NCBI RefSeq assembly: GCF_001194135.2
Contig: NC_068997.1
Location: forward strand, 55,677,040 to 55,731,192
DNA: 54,153 bases
Origin: Octopus bimaculoides
Lineage: Eukaryota
Direction: 5' to 3'
Shown here: positions 39,271-50,854 of the stretch, in pieces
Position numbering within the stretch: the first letter of the stretch is position 1
How the letters are laid out: every line of letters starts with the position of its first letter
Position numbers and translations under genes: made by a program
The notes under the pieces: generated by a model
What the model saw: only the letters and a program-made list of their open reading frames with translations
What the model was told of the DNA's origin: nothing
Databases searched by the model: none

Positions 39271-40583
39271 AATATCTAAATGTCTCAAGCCACCTCTACT
39301 CAGACTCTTCAGATTTACTGTCTCTCCTCCTCTACCAACCACCATATTTTAATCCCCCCCCCCAGATGTCATACAATCATCTTTTCCCAGTCTTTCCTCT
39401 CTAGAGAAGGAAGAATTCATTTCAAAGGCTACAGATGTGTAAAGAAAGACTGACCAAAGCTATCAATTAATGAAAACTTATAATTTCTACTGGACTGTCC
39501 AGAAATACACGATACATTATGATATTTCATCTTGTCACATCTCTCTCCTCATATCAGAGAATATTTCTGGTTGACCGCTGATATCCTTTCTAGTGATTAT
39601 CTCTCCGGCTTCTGTTATAGTTATCGTATCTACTAAATTCAAATCAATAGATAACAGTGTCTCCTACATGATCAAATTACAATGCCTTGTAGTATTTAGA
39701 TATATCCCTGTATGATCTAAGTTCAAATAATGCTGTCATCAAGTTTGGCATTTATTCTACTGGGGTTGTTAGAATAATGACTAATGAAGTATTAGAATTA
39801 ATTTAAGTGATTAATTCTCTGACTCTGAATAAAAATTTTGTGGTTTTGTGTCTGTGACAGAAATCTCTATGGAATTCTAGTTTGGTAAATGAATGCTAAT
39901 TATTAATTTGTTTAGTATGTCTGCTATTATAATAAGATTTCAAATATATGTTGAAGTAACTGCATGTATTTATCAATCATGAATCAGAAGAATTCATAAC
40001 ATAAAAATGTCAATCTTGGTGTGGTTCCCTATCAAAAATATTTGGGGATTACAGAAATCTGTGTTGCAATGGCATCTAATATCGGAGACTAATTGAATTT
40101 TCTAAAGCTGGGGAAACGTCAGGAAAGGTTAACTTTCTTCTAACCTCTGCTCATTTTTGTCATACTAACCAACTGCAAAATTTAATTGTTGTGCTGCCTA
40201 TTGAAAACTATTGACTTGCAAAAGATGATCCATTGTAAAACATTGAATAAACTAACAACATTCTTGTTATCTCTCCTGTCTACCGTATCTTTATGAAATA
40301 TTTAGTTAGATGAAATCATTTCTGTTTGACAAAAGCTTTTCATGTCTTACAATTCTGCTTCACTTTAATTTAATTATTCCTTAACATTATAAGTCTATTT
40401 CGAATAGAGATAAGGTTGATGTCACTAGACTGAATTTATCTATAGAAATTCATATTTCAGTTGTAAATTGTTTTCAGCCTCATGCTCTGGACAACAAACT
40501 TGATATGTGCAGAGAGATTTGACAACCTGAAACATTGTCAAAATGTGTTTTATAATTCTATATTTAAGAGATGAGGAATTATG

Positions 40584-40721
40584 TACATTATTTACATTTG
40601 ACGGATATTTGTCTTCATCTTGTTTGTTAACACAACTTTTCAGCTGGTATACCCTCCAGCCTTCATCAGGTATCTTGGGAAATTTGCGAACCTGGGATCT
40701 CATTCCTAAGGTATTTTTCAA

Positions 40722-40805
<84 letters not shown>

Positions 40806-40809
40806 GCCC
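40584..40809 (-). mobile_element. Inverted, head-deleted copy of the hammerhead-bearing SINE
   Basis: Reverse complement of 40887-41073 including (AAT)n; keeps only GGGCAT of the head; hammerhead-like core at 40629-40674. Confidence 0.85.
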
Positions 40810-40811
40810 AC

Positions 40812-40882
40812 GGGCATATGGCATAGTGGTTAAGAGTGCAGGCTACTAACCCCAAGATTCTGAGTTCGATTCCAGGCAGTGA

Positions 40883-40930
<48 letters not shown>

Positions 40931-41075
40931 CAACATCGGAAAATACCTGAGGAATGAAAGCCCAGGTTCAAAATTTCCCCAAGACACCTGATGAAGGCTG
41001 GAGGGTATATCAGCTGAAATGTGTTAACAAAGAACAAGATGAGGACAAATATCCATCAAATGTAAATAATGTAAA
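40812..41075 (+). mobile_element. tRNA-headed SINE with (AAT)n linker and a Penelope-like tail carrying a hammerhead-like core
   Basis: A box TGGCATAGTGG (40819-40829), B box GTTCGATTC (40864-40872), (AAT)n, then GACAC-CTGATGA-A-GGCTG-N10-CAGCT-GAAA-T-GTGTT (40983-41025). Confidence 0.85.
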
Positions 41076-42501
41076 TAATGAAAATGCATCTTGTTCCACT
41101 GTAAATGATTCAAGCATATTCCTGTGAATATGTTGAAAAAAAAAAAAGATTAAATTTTAAAAAAAGACTAAATTTAAAATGAGCTGTGTGTAAGAAAATA
41201 GGGAACTTTTGAACAAATAGGCTGTAGCTAGAACAACTTATTAGACAGCCTAAGATGCAACTAAACTAATACCATCAATTATTTGAGGAATTTTTCTAGA
41301 AGTGAAATGTGGTAATATTTTACTCTTGTTGATAGCATCTTTGAAAAATCCTTCCAAGAAAATATTTAAATCAGTCTTTTGAGAAATATAACATGGGAAA
41401 ATTATACACCATTTCACGAAATGCAATCTGTCACTTATTTGTTAATTTAAGTAAAGTGTTTTTCTGATTTCCCTAGGAGCTCTGTGAGGTCATTTTGAAA
41501 AGTAGCAACATCTGCCAGATATATCCGTTTTTTCTTCTTCTACTCTTCTCCAGTTCTATTCTTTACAAACTAATTCTCTTCTAGAGACTTTCTCTATTAA
41601 CAGACAACAAATTGGCAGAGTTATTACATTGTAAGAGAAAATGTGGGGTTGTGTTTGTTAGGGTTCCAGCCAATGTCAATATTGTTTTTCATCCTTTCAG
41701 AGATTGGTAAAATAGAGTACCAACCCATGTTAGAATATTGGCAGGACTTATAGGATGCTGTCAGGTATTTACATTGGTTCTTTGTGTTCTAAGTCTAACA
41801 TGAAGCCAGTTAAATTTAGCTTCTTTGAAATATTTCACAGTTATAAACTAAGCACTGAAATGTCTTTTCTGAATTGTAACTTATGTATTGCTCTCTAATA
41901 TTTCCAATTTCTTGCATGAAACCATATTAAATTTGAATTACATCTTAGCTTAATCATTGCTGATAAAATATGCAGATATGGAAGTGATTGATCTTAGTAA
42001 AGATTTATAGTATTCAGAATGCTTGATTTTAATATTGAAACTTTAATTCTGCCATTAATGAAAAAAATTTACATGCTCCAAAAATCCAACCTAAAATGTA
42101 CTTTATATAAAATTAATTTCATGCTTTTATAAATATCACATTAGCATTAATGACAATAATGCTGTATAACATATTTATTCTAGACAAAATGTTTTTTTCC
42201 CTCTCCAACACTTCTCCATTATTCCATTTTTATTTACTAAATGAATTAATTGCTTTATGCAGTTATCTAGATACTTATATATAATTTGAAGCATTTACAT
42301 CATAATTCATGTAAAATGAATTCACATGAATCATAATATAGACAAAATAACTAAAGGCCATTTCATTTCTTTAAACTTATTTCAGTTTTCTGTGTTAAAA
42401 GAATCAAAAGTGTTTCTATAACATTAAAGGATTTTGCCAGGAAGCGATTGGCTACCTTTTTCATCTTAATTTTTTGTAACCTGATATTACTTCTACCATA
42501 A

Positions 42502-42557
<56 letters not shown>

Positions 42558-43902
42558 NNNNNNNNNNAGACTTTTCAGCACATCTATCATAATTCTAACA
42601 AGAAACAAATGATTTAAATTGGTAATATTACCGATAAATTAATAGCAAATAGATAACACCTTGAATTGTCACATATTAAATTATAAATGACATTTACAAA
42701 ATAAATAAGTAATTAAAATAAAACAGTAATTACTTATAAAAGTGAATTATGTTAAGAAACAAAAATTTTCATTTTAGAATTCAAACTTTGATCCTGTTAT
42801 AACTTGAATGTGTTATTAATTCATTTTATTTAATTCTGGAGAAGAAATGAATAATTAATTGGCTTACAAATGGTGTAAGGGCTTTGTGCTTAGGAAATTA
42901 GGCATTTCATTGAAATGGTAAAGTATTAAAACATATGTTTCAACATTTCAGCAGTTTCTTGTGTTTTTTTCTGTTCAAAGTCTTCTAGATAAAATTCACT
43001 TTTAATTCCCAGAGCATTAATTATCAGTTTTATGTAGGATTCAAATTAATTGCTAATCCTTTTATTGAAAGAGATTGTCTTGCCAAAAAAACGATATGAT
43101 TAATATACTAAATATTTTGAGAGTTGTTTAATAAAAGTGCATTGGTGAAATAATTGTTTCCTAAATTTGGATGTGTAAATCCAATTAATCTGAGTCTTTT
43201 ACAGTTTGATAATCTAGACTATGATTCTTATATACAAGAAATGGTATGAAAACTCAAACTGCTCCAGAACAAACAAAAAAAATTAACCTAAGTCACAGAT
43301 GTAGTTGCATAATTAATTATAAAGGATTATAATTAAGAGGGTTGATGTGTAACTACATAGTTCTGGGGTTTAATTTCACTGTGTGATACCTTAGAAAAAT
43401 CTACTCTAGCCTTCGACTGATACTTTCTGAGTGAAATATCATAGAACAGAAACTGTACAGGAGAACATATATACATATATTGTAACTTGTGTGTACAAAG
43501 ACTGTTTCTCTTAAGATTTGAGCTCTTCATCAATAATTATCATCCTGTCTGCTTCCTGTAGAGTGGTTAAGCAACTGCTATATTTAATAGTATTACTAAT
43601 GATAAATAGAGCAAATGGAGAATTTACAATAGACACGAGTTTATATTAGATAATTTTTGACTTCCCCTCATATATACATATTTGTATGTATATATGTATA
43701 TATATACACATACACACAATATGGAATGACAGTGCTAAGCATTGATGTGTATAAATACAAGCTTGTTATCATTTCAAATATGCTTGAGGCATATTCAAAC
43801 CTGTAAGAAAAACCATTCTCTGCATTCATTGTACTCTATCAGTTTCTTCATAATAAAATACAGTTAATAACTTTCTTACAGATTTGAATAGGCCTTGAAC
43901 AT

Positions 43903-44126
43903 TGTGGTATGACGTCAGTAACTGGGGAGCTGACCGCTGGCCAGAACCGTGAACTGACCGGAAGAGGAAGAAGGGCAGAGGGAGCCTCGATCGGGATTTC
44001 ATGCCCTTTTCGAATGGGGTTGTTGTGAGGAGAGGACGTTCCAAGCGATCGTCTAGGTGTTGGGAGAAGCAGCTGCTATTTCTAGTGTTCTTCGGGTTGG
44101 ACCAGCCGTGAGGATCGGATACCACA
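43903..44126 (-). mobile_element. Solo LTR (TG..CA), young and CpG-rich
   Basis: Perfect 8-bp terminal inverted repeats TGTGGTAT/ATACCACA, flanks GAACAT and GAACAA (near-perfect TSD), GC/CpG content far above background. Orientation is tentative, from a minus-strand CT-rich tract and TCAGTT. Confidence 0.75.
43910..43976. promoter_or_regulatory. Candidate CRE (TGACGTCA, 43910-43917) and ETS-type CCGGAAG motif inside the LTR
   Basis: Motif matches only; function not shown. Confidence 0.3.
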
Positions 44127-44145
44127 GAACAAACTTGTGCAAAAG

Positions 44146-44157
44146 ATGGAAACCAAG
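44146..44157 (+). other. Candidate short coding end of an exon (ATG GAA ACC AAG, METK) followed by a GTAAGC donor
   Basis: Good Kozak context (AAGATGG) and strong donor AAG|GTAAGC just outside the LTR; possible acceptor TTTCTTACAG at 43881. No supporting homology. Confidence 0.2.
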
Positions 44158-44944
44158 GTAAGCCGATTACTTCTACTCGCACGCATACACCACAACCATA
44201 TTTGAAATGGTAACATATATATATGTGTGTGTGTATGTGTGTTTCTTTATGATTTGTTTAAGTTCTTCTTAATGGTGTTCAAGCCATTCACTAACAAGGT
44301 GAGAAGACATTTTGTTTTTAAGACAGTTCCTGGGGTTTGCAAATGTGTGCTTGTGTGAGTGTGTGGATATATGTAGGTGTATGTGCCTGGACTTATGCTC
44401 TGTGTGTACATGTATATCTTTAGTACTTTGGTGTTTGTGTGTGCATCATTACTTTTTGACGCGTGTGTCCTTGTAGATACACACAACCAAGTGGGTGCCT
44501 TTAAAGACAGGGTTTGGGAGATGCACTTCAGGTTCTTTTGCTCTCTCTCACAGAAAACCATTGCATTTAAAGGTTTGTGTGCAAATTCGTCATTACATAA
44601 CATATGGCTGTATGATTGTATCCAATATTTGAGAAGAAAAGTATATAGAGCACAATATAAAAGCAATATTTAGAACTTCATGTGTACATTTATAGTTTCA
44701 ATCCACTTGAGAAGAGAAACTGTATTATTATTCAAAATATCTTGTTGCAGTTATTCCTTGATATTTTGAACATAGAAATACAGAGAAAAAACAAAAATGG
44801 AGATGAGAGTTTATGTTTATTCAATAAAAGATATTGAATAAAGGTAAAATCTTATCCCCATTCTTGTTTGCTGCCTATATGTGTGTGTGTGTGTTTGTGT
44901 TTTTGCTGGTTTGCAGTGTCAATTCATATTGATAATATCTGTGT

Positions 44945-45046
44945 AGATGGCGAGGTGGTGTGAGGGCAGTTGCTATGGCATTGAGATAGATCCGGCCACC
45001 CCCATTAACGGGGACAAAACCCAGATTCAAAATGATGGATGATGAT
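44945..45046 (+). mobile_element. RTE LINE extreme 3' end
   Basis: RWRGGVRAVA..*ATCCGGCCACCCCCATTAACGGGGACAAAACCCAGA followed by a (GAT)n-like tail, typical of RTE 3' ends. Confidence 0.6.
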
Positions 45047-45689
45047 GTGTAAAGTTAAAATTCAAATTGTGACCTCTTGAAGCACATCTGCTCATTTCAG
45101 TATTTCAAATCCATATGCAGATATCATATATGCACCAGGCATGTATAATTTATTCACCATTACATGTGTTTCATTTGCTAATAGAAATTTTAAAAAATTC
45201 TAAATGTAATTGAAAACATGTAAGATATCACTGACTAGAAATTCTTCAGGCAGAGAATCAAACAATATTTTTGTCATTACTATTGATAAAACTCTAATGG
45301 ATATGAATTAATATATGAATTTGAAGCAATAGTGATTAAGATAATGATGGATATAACATTAAAGCATATACAAATGTAGAATACCATTTTATCCTTTGAG
45401 AAGTTTCTCTGAGACAAAATATTCTAGCTAGTGTCATTTGGCATTTGTAAATAGATTATAAATATTTTACAATTTGCTATTATAATGGATCTTGGCAAAA
45501 TGCTGAATAGTTCTAAAAATACTTTACTTCACCTAAAATAAAAATCAGAGTAGAAATATAATTATAGAGAGAAAAAATAAAAGCAAACTACTGACTATGA
45601 AATGGTAAATGATGTAGGAGAATGTTAAATTGAGCGAAACTAATTAAGAAATACTCAACTCTGATTTTTTTTAATGGTTTATAAAGCTT

Positions 45690-46460
45690 TCTGTGTGGTA
45701 AAGGTGAGAGAAGAGATGTCAACAGTCCTGTGATCAAAGTATTTGAACAGTGACCATGCCATATATTGATTTTTCACGCAGTATACCTTGGACTACATTA
45801 TCAAATGTGTTCTTCACATTTTTTTTAAATCCTGAGAGATGGTAGTTGACTTCTAATTCTAACAGGTCAACCAACCAGTTAGGGATTTCTAACCAGCTCA
45901 AAATTATCATGTTGTTTTAGCTCCTGGGTATGTCTTGATTCAGGAGACATATCATTGAAGGTGTTTAGCTTAAGACTATCCTGTCCATTTATATATTAAA
46001 GTCTCTCTTGTCCAGTATGTCCCATTTAAAACAATGGGCAAATTTAGAGATTTTAGTTGCTATTTCTTTCAAATCAAAGTTACCCATTCATTTATGTTAC
46101 TGCTATTGCTGGATTATGTGCAGTTGAGCAAACCTATAATCTAAGACAATTCAGCCATGACCATCCCATCTTTATTGTAAACATTATGTACTTTTTTTTA
46201 AGATTACAGAGTATGTTTGAAGCAACTTAGTTGCTATTTTTAGCAAACTGAAGCTTCGTCATTGACTCATTGTTGTAAGTTTTAGTGTTTAGTCAGAAGT
46301 CAGTCCTAGTCAATCAGAATTACAATCAAAGATTTTCCAAAACTGACCATCCTGTCATTTTCTACTAAGTAATGAATGCAGCACTACATTTACCCTGTGA
46401 GTCTTTTCCTCAGTGGTACCTAATTTAAGGGAATTCTACTGCTAGTTCTAGCAAACCAAG
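45690..46460 (-). mobile_element. Four head-to-tail diverged copies of family E
   Basis: GACCAT/GACTAT-C motif recurs at about 45752, 45973, 46160 and 46365; (G)TTGCTATTT(C/T)T-like motif at about 45865, 46057, 46231 and 46440; period about 190 bp. Confidence 0.65.
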
Positions 46461-46809
46461 TGTCCACTTAGATAACTCCTCATGGTATTACTATTGATGT
46501 TTACAATAGTAACAAACAAAGCATATACGAAAATGACTTTTGTTTCATTCTTTCTCATATAATCATTAATCTTTAATGAGTTTCACGTTAAATTATTCAA
46601 TATCTGTCTGTGGTTGTTGTAAAATAGTTATTGAACTACCTTAAAAGAGCATTTTTTTCTTTTCAAAGATAAGAAAGAACATAGTTTGCTAAGAAAACCA
46701 TCTCTTAATTATTTACATTAATTTTAACAGAGTTTTCTGCTAAAATATATACGTCATGCTAACATTAGCGCTTTCTTTTTAGTTTACACACACACACACA
46801 CACACACAT

Positions 46810-47030
46810 TTTTCATCTTTTACTTATTTCAGTCATTTGTCTGTGGCCATACTGGGGCATCACCTTGAAGGGTTTTTTAGTCAAACAAATCAATCCAGGA
46901 CTTTTTTAAGGCCTGGTACATATTTGATCAATCTCTTTTGCCAAAATGCTAAGTTACAGGGACATGAACACATGATCACTGGTTCATGTGGTGGGAATAA
47001 TACAGACACAAACATGCACACACATAGATA
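46810..47030 (-). mobile_element. Family D module (SINE 3' part, antisense)
   Basis: TTTCAGTCATTTGTCTGTGGCCATACTGGGGCATCACCTTGAAGGG..GCTAAGTTACAGGGACATGAACAC. Confidence 0.8.
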
Positions 47031-47335
47031 TGTATATATATATGAATATAGACAACAACAACAGAGGAGTGGGTTATCTGGTATTGCTACAATTCTTTCA
47101 TTAAGTGTTTTTATTGTGATGAAAGCATTATAGAGTCGAGAATGTAGTCTGCACAATGTCAATAAGATTATGTTGCACAGCTCTCAACTCATCAGGCTTA
47201 CCAAATGTAAAACAAGCAGTGACATGTTGATCAATCAACAGATCATCAAGTGGAATTTCTAATCAGNNNNNNNNNNNNNNNNNNNNNNNNNNNNNNNNNN
47301 NNNNNNNNNNNNNNNNNNNNNNNNNNNNNNNNNNN

Positions 47336-47371
<36 letters not shown>

Positions 47372-47732
47372 AAAACAGACCATAATGTGTTGGCATATGT
47401 ATGCCCGTGATTAAACATATGTAATATACCGATAGTGTAATGGATACTTCTATCCCTTAGAAGGTTATTTTAACCTCTAACTCAGCTAACCTTATATGTA
47501 TATATATATGAATATAGACAACAACAACAGAGGAGTGGGTTATCTGGTATTGCTACAATTCTTTCATTAAGTGTTTTTATTGTGATGAAAGCATTATAGA
47601 GTCGAGAATGTAGTCTGCACAATGTCAATAAGATTATGTTGCACAGCTCTCAACTCATCAGGCTTACCAAATGTAAAACAAGCAGTGACATGTTGATCAA
47701 TCAACAGATCATCAAGTGGAATTTCTAATCAG
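47028..47732 (+). repeat. Exact 239-bp direct duplication (47028-47266 and 47494-47732) spanning an N-gap
   Basis: The two copies read identically at offset 466; the first ends exactly at the gap. Confidence 0.9.
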
Positions 47733-48799
47733 AGTTGCCAATATTTAAGAAATCTGAATTGGGTGGGACTACAACCTGTCAATCATGGAGGGGTGAAGGC
47801 AGAATGAAGTTGTAAATTAAAGACTAGTTAAAAGGCATTTTGTATTCCAAAGACGTCATTAAACTTTGAAAGCTTGTTCATTAAGGTTAGCAGTGGCAGA
47901 ATATGATTGCATACCAGCAAATAGCAGGCATCAAGTATGACATTTGACCCTATCAAAACGTGTTCAAAGAAAAGCCACTGACTCTATTCCCAAAATAACC
48001 ATTAACAGTCTTATGTTGTTTTGATGTTAAATACATTAAAGGTTGGCATGGCTAGTAAATTCCAGCATTACTTATTCACTCAATTAATCTTGATAAATTG
48101 CTCTGATTAATTATTATAAAACTAATAGATTATTAGATTTAATCAATGGATATTAGCAAATTATAATTCAAAGAGAATAACTTAAGGAAAATTGTATGTT
48201 AGTGAAGTTCCCTCGAAATTTCAGAGAAGGGAAGGAAAAGAAGCAATAGAAAGAGAATTGGTAAAGTCAAATGGACAGAATGGTCAATATATTGACAGGA
48301 AGGTGGTATTGGCATAAACAAGTAATTGCGTATCATAGACTAATGACAGTTGTCTAGGCAATAATTGGTGGTGACTTAAAGATTTACAGCTTTACAACTT
48401 TACTAATTTATATTAGTTAAATATCAAATTTACAGATGTTATTCATTTAGCTGCAAAAAAGTTGGGTTGAAGGGCCAGAAAATAATAAAGAAGGGAAAAA
48501 CTGAACTGATATTCCCAATAAAAAACCAATAACCATAGACCTAACACTTCTACTTACACAATATAGTTTACAATATTATTTAGAACAAAGCAAATCAATT
48601 AAAAGCAAAGCTGTTCAGTAGAAAGCTCAATCTCTACTACAATAATCAATTTAAATTTATTAGGAGTAATAAGAAAGTTGAAAGAGCTTATAAGAATTAT
48701 AAAGTATTATAAAGGTCTCATACATGCCAATTAAGGCTAAAAGAATTTATAGAATTATAACGAATTATAAAGGATTTTGAAGTCCTTAATTAGGAGAAA

Positions 48800-49925
48800 A
48801 ATGCCAGCATTAAAGTATTGGCCAAGGCTTCAAGTAAATCAGAAAACAATTGTTAAATTGAAGCGAAGTTATAGTCATCAGTATTTGCCATTAGAAGAAA
48901 GGGGAGGCAAAAGCATTGACTACCTCATTGTCCCGTGTTGTTCATATTAAAAAGAGAACATGAGTTAGATGCACAGCAGTATGATAAGTTTGTATATGCA
49001 GGACTTCCAAATTCATAAACACGACTGGTTCTATTTCAACACATTGCCAAAAGCATGCTACATGGTCCATGTGGGAGAGATAAACCCAATGCAACATGTA
49101 TGATTGATGGTAAATGTAAAAAAGCAATTCCTTAAAGACTTTCATGAAAATACATCACATGGTTATAATGGCTATTTGTTTTAACTTTTATAAATTTCAC
49201 ACTTGCAATAAAACTGAGCAAATGTGACATTTCAGAAGAAATAATGCACTCGCGATAAAATGTATCTACATTGTTTCACAAAAGGAACAAGAGTGATTCT
49301 GTGTGAGAGCTTTATTGCATCATATTCCTGGAGTTACATAATTTGAAGATATGAGAACAATTAATGGAGTAATTTGCCATACAAACTTACAAAGACGCTG
49401 CGATGAAACTAGGCTCAGCATATGATGACTGTGAATACAATCAAACTATGGAGTTTGCATATGTTTCAGTTACTCTCTATCGGCTACAATAACTTTTTCA
49501 CTCCAACCTTAATTACTGCAATCTTGCAGAACATGACAAACCTATTTACAGCATTTGAAAACCAACTTTGAGAAGATCAAATGAGTACTTTAGGAGTGGA
49601 AGATATCAAAGATAACATGCAACAACATTCATTACAAAAATTTGAACTTATTTTAAGAGAAAATAGTTCAACATTAAACAATTTCTTCCCCATGATCACA
49701 CCAAGCATGAATACTTTGAACATTAGTACAGGAAATTCATTCAATCTCAAGATCTTAGAAATTTTCCACAGATTAAACAAGAGAGTTTCTTTGATGAAAA
49801 TGTCAAAAATTAAATTGTGGTCATCAAGTAGCATTCTAGATTGCTAAAGAGACAATTCACAATTCTCAAGCAGCAACACGCTGTCACAAGGTTCTCACTG
49901 CTAATACTTTGTTTGTTGACAGGTC
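48800..49925 (+). mobile_element. Helitron Rep/helicase pseudogene remnant
   Basis: QKH*LPHCPVLF (from QKRGLPHAH, HUH motif, 48908), MLHGPCG..PNATCMIDGKCKKQFLKDF, FCVRALLHHIPGVT*FEDMRTING / TYKDAAMKLG, LNCGHQVAF..LFVD (up to Walker A); stops and frameshifts. Confidence 0.88.
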
Positions 49926-50524
49926 AATCAATACATTGTTAAATGTATAATCAACAACAAACTTCTACTAAACAATGGACAGGATTACAGATATTTTCAG
50001 TCTAAATGTTCTTCATTCATTGTCCATTTATTAATACATTTATGTTTCTGTTCATTAAAACATTAACAGCTTCATGAAGTATCAAAACTGATGTTATCAG
50101 GTAAGGTACTCTTGGGTACCCATGAATACGTATCACTCACTGTTTAGAAAATCACTTCATGCTTCTTTCACTCCAACAAAGTAACTATTAAAGGGTATTT
50201 TTCTCCCTCCATTCCACCAGTCATGAAAACCCTATAAAGTGTCATAAGCATTGCTTTCCCTTCTAATTAAACAGATAAACTACAACAACGAACATATCAA
50301 CATCAGCTTCATTACCAGAAATCAATAGCATAGAACAGAGGATTACATTAACAACAGGAATGCTTCCTGATAGACTTTCAAAGTAAATATTCCCCCATTC
50401 ATTATTAATTAACGAATTAATGTGATTTCTCTGCTCTGTTTGGAAATTTCAACTTCCCCACATACATTGGAAATGTTCCCTTCCTTTCAGCTGCTGAGAA
50501 ATAATAATGATGATAAAAAAACAG

Positions 50525-50635
50525 AGTGGTTGTGTGGTAAGAGATTTGCTTCTCAAACGCATGGTTCCAAACTCGGTCTATAACTGCTGGCTTTGTGAGT
50601 GGATTTCGTAGAAGGAAACTGAAAGAAACCCATCA

Positions 50636-50640
<5 letters not shown>
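50525..50640 (+). mobile_element. SINE family B head (internally deleted)
   Basis: GTGGTTGTGTGGTAAGAGATTTGCTTCTC..GCTTTGTGAGTGGATTTCGTAGAAGGAAACTGAAAGAAACCC. Confidence 0.75.
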
Positions 50641-50671
<31 letters not shown>

Positions 50672-50707
50672 NNNNNNNNNNATGGAATATACGAGAAAAT
50701 ATTATTA

Positions 50708-50813
50708 ATCACGACAATTGTTTCGACACAGCTAGCATCGATTCTTCTTGGGTGGGACACTCAACAACTGGATCAGGAGCATCCAGTGGTGCAGATGTAT
50801 CTCATCAGGTGAT
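50708..50813 (-). ncRNA. Type I minimal hammerhead ribozyme with intact catalytic core (Penelope-pLTR type)
   Basis: Minus strand AUCAC-CUGAUGA-GAUACA..(65 nt)..UGUGUC-GAAA-C-AAUU-GUC|GUGAU: helix I AUCAC/GUGAU, helix II GAUACA/UGUGUC, helix III of 2 bp with a palindromic AAUU loop, GUC triplet. Confidence 0.85.
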
Positions 50814-50854
50814 AAATAAATAAATAAAAACTTGTTAAAATGACTGTTCATGAG

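Noticed and set aside
40812-40886. Possible tRNA gene (CT-ACT-AA loop)
   Set aside because: It has no proper acceptor stem and runs into (AAT)n and a repeat tail, so it is a SINE head.
43826-44182. 118-aa minus-strand ORF
   Set aside because: It is explained by the GC-rich solo LTR, and I recognise no protein motif.
47168-47200. Minus-strand CTGATGA-GTTG-N9-CAAC (duplicated at +466)
   Set aside because: It is followed by ATAA rather than GAAA, and there is no helix III or helix I.
48435-48470. DVIHLAAK, resembling an SDR/epimerase motif after TTTACAG
   Set aside because: A stop follows three codons later and there is no flanking homology, so it is likely chance.
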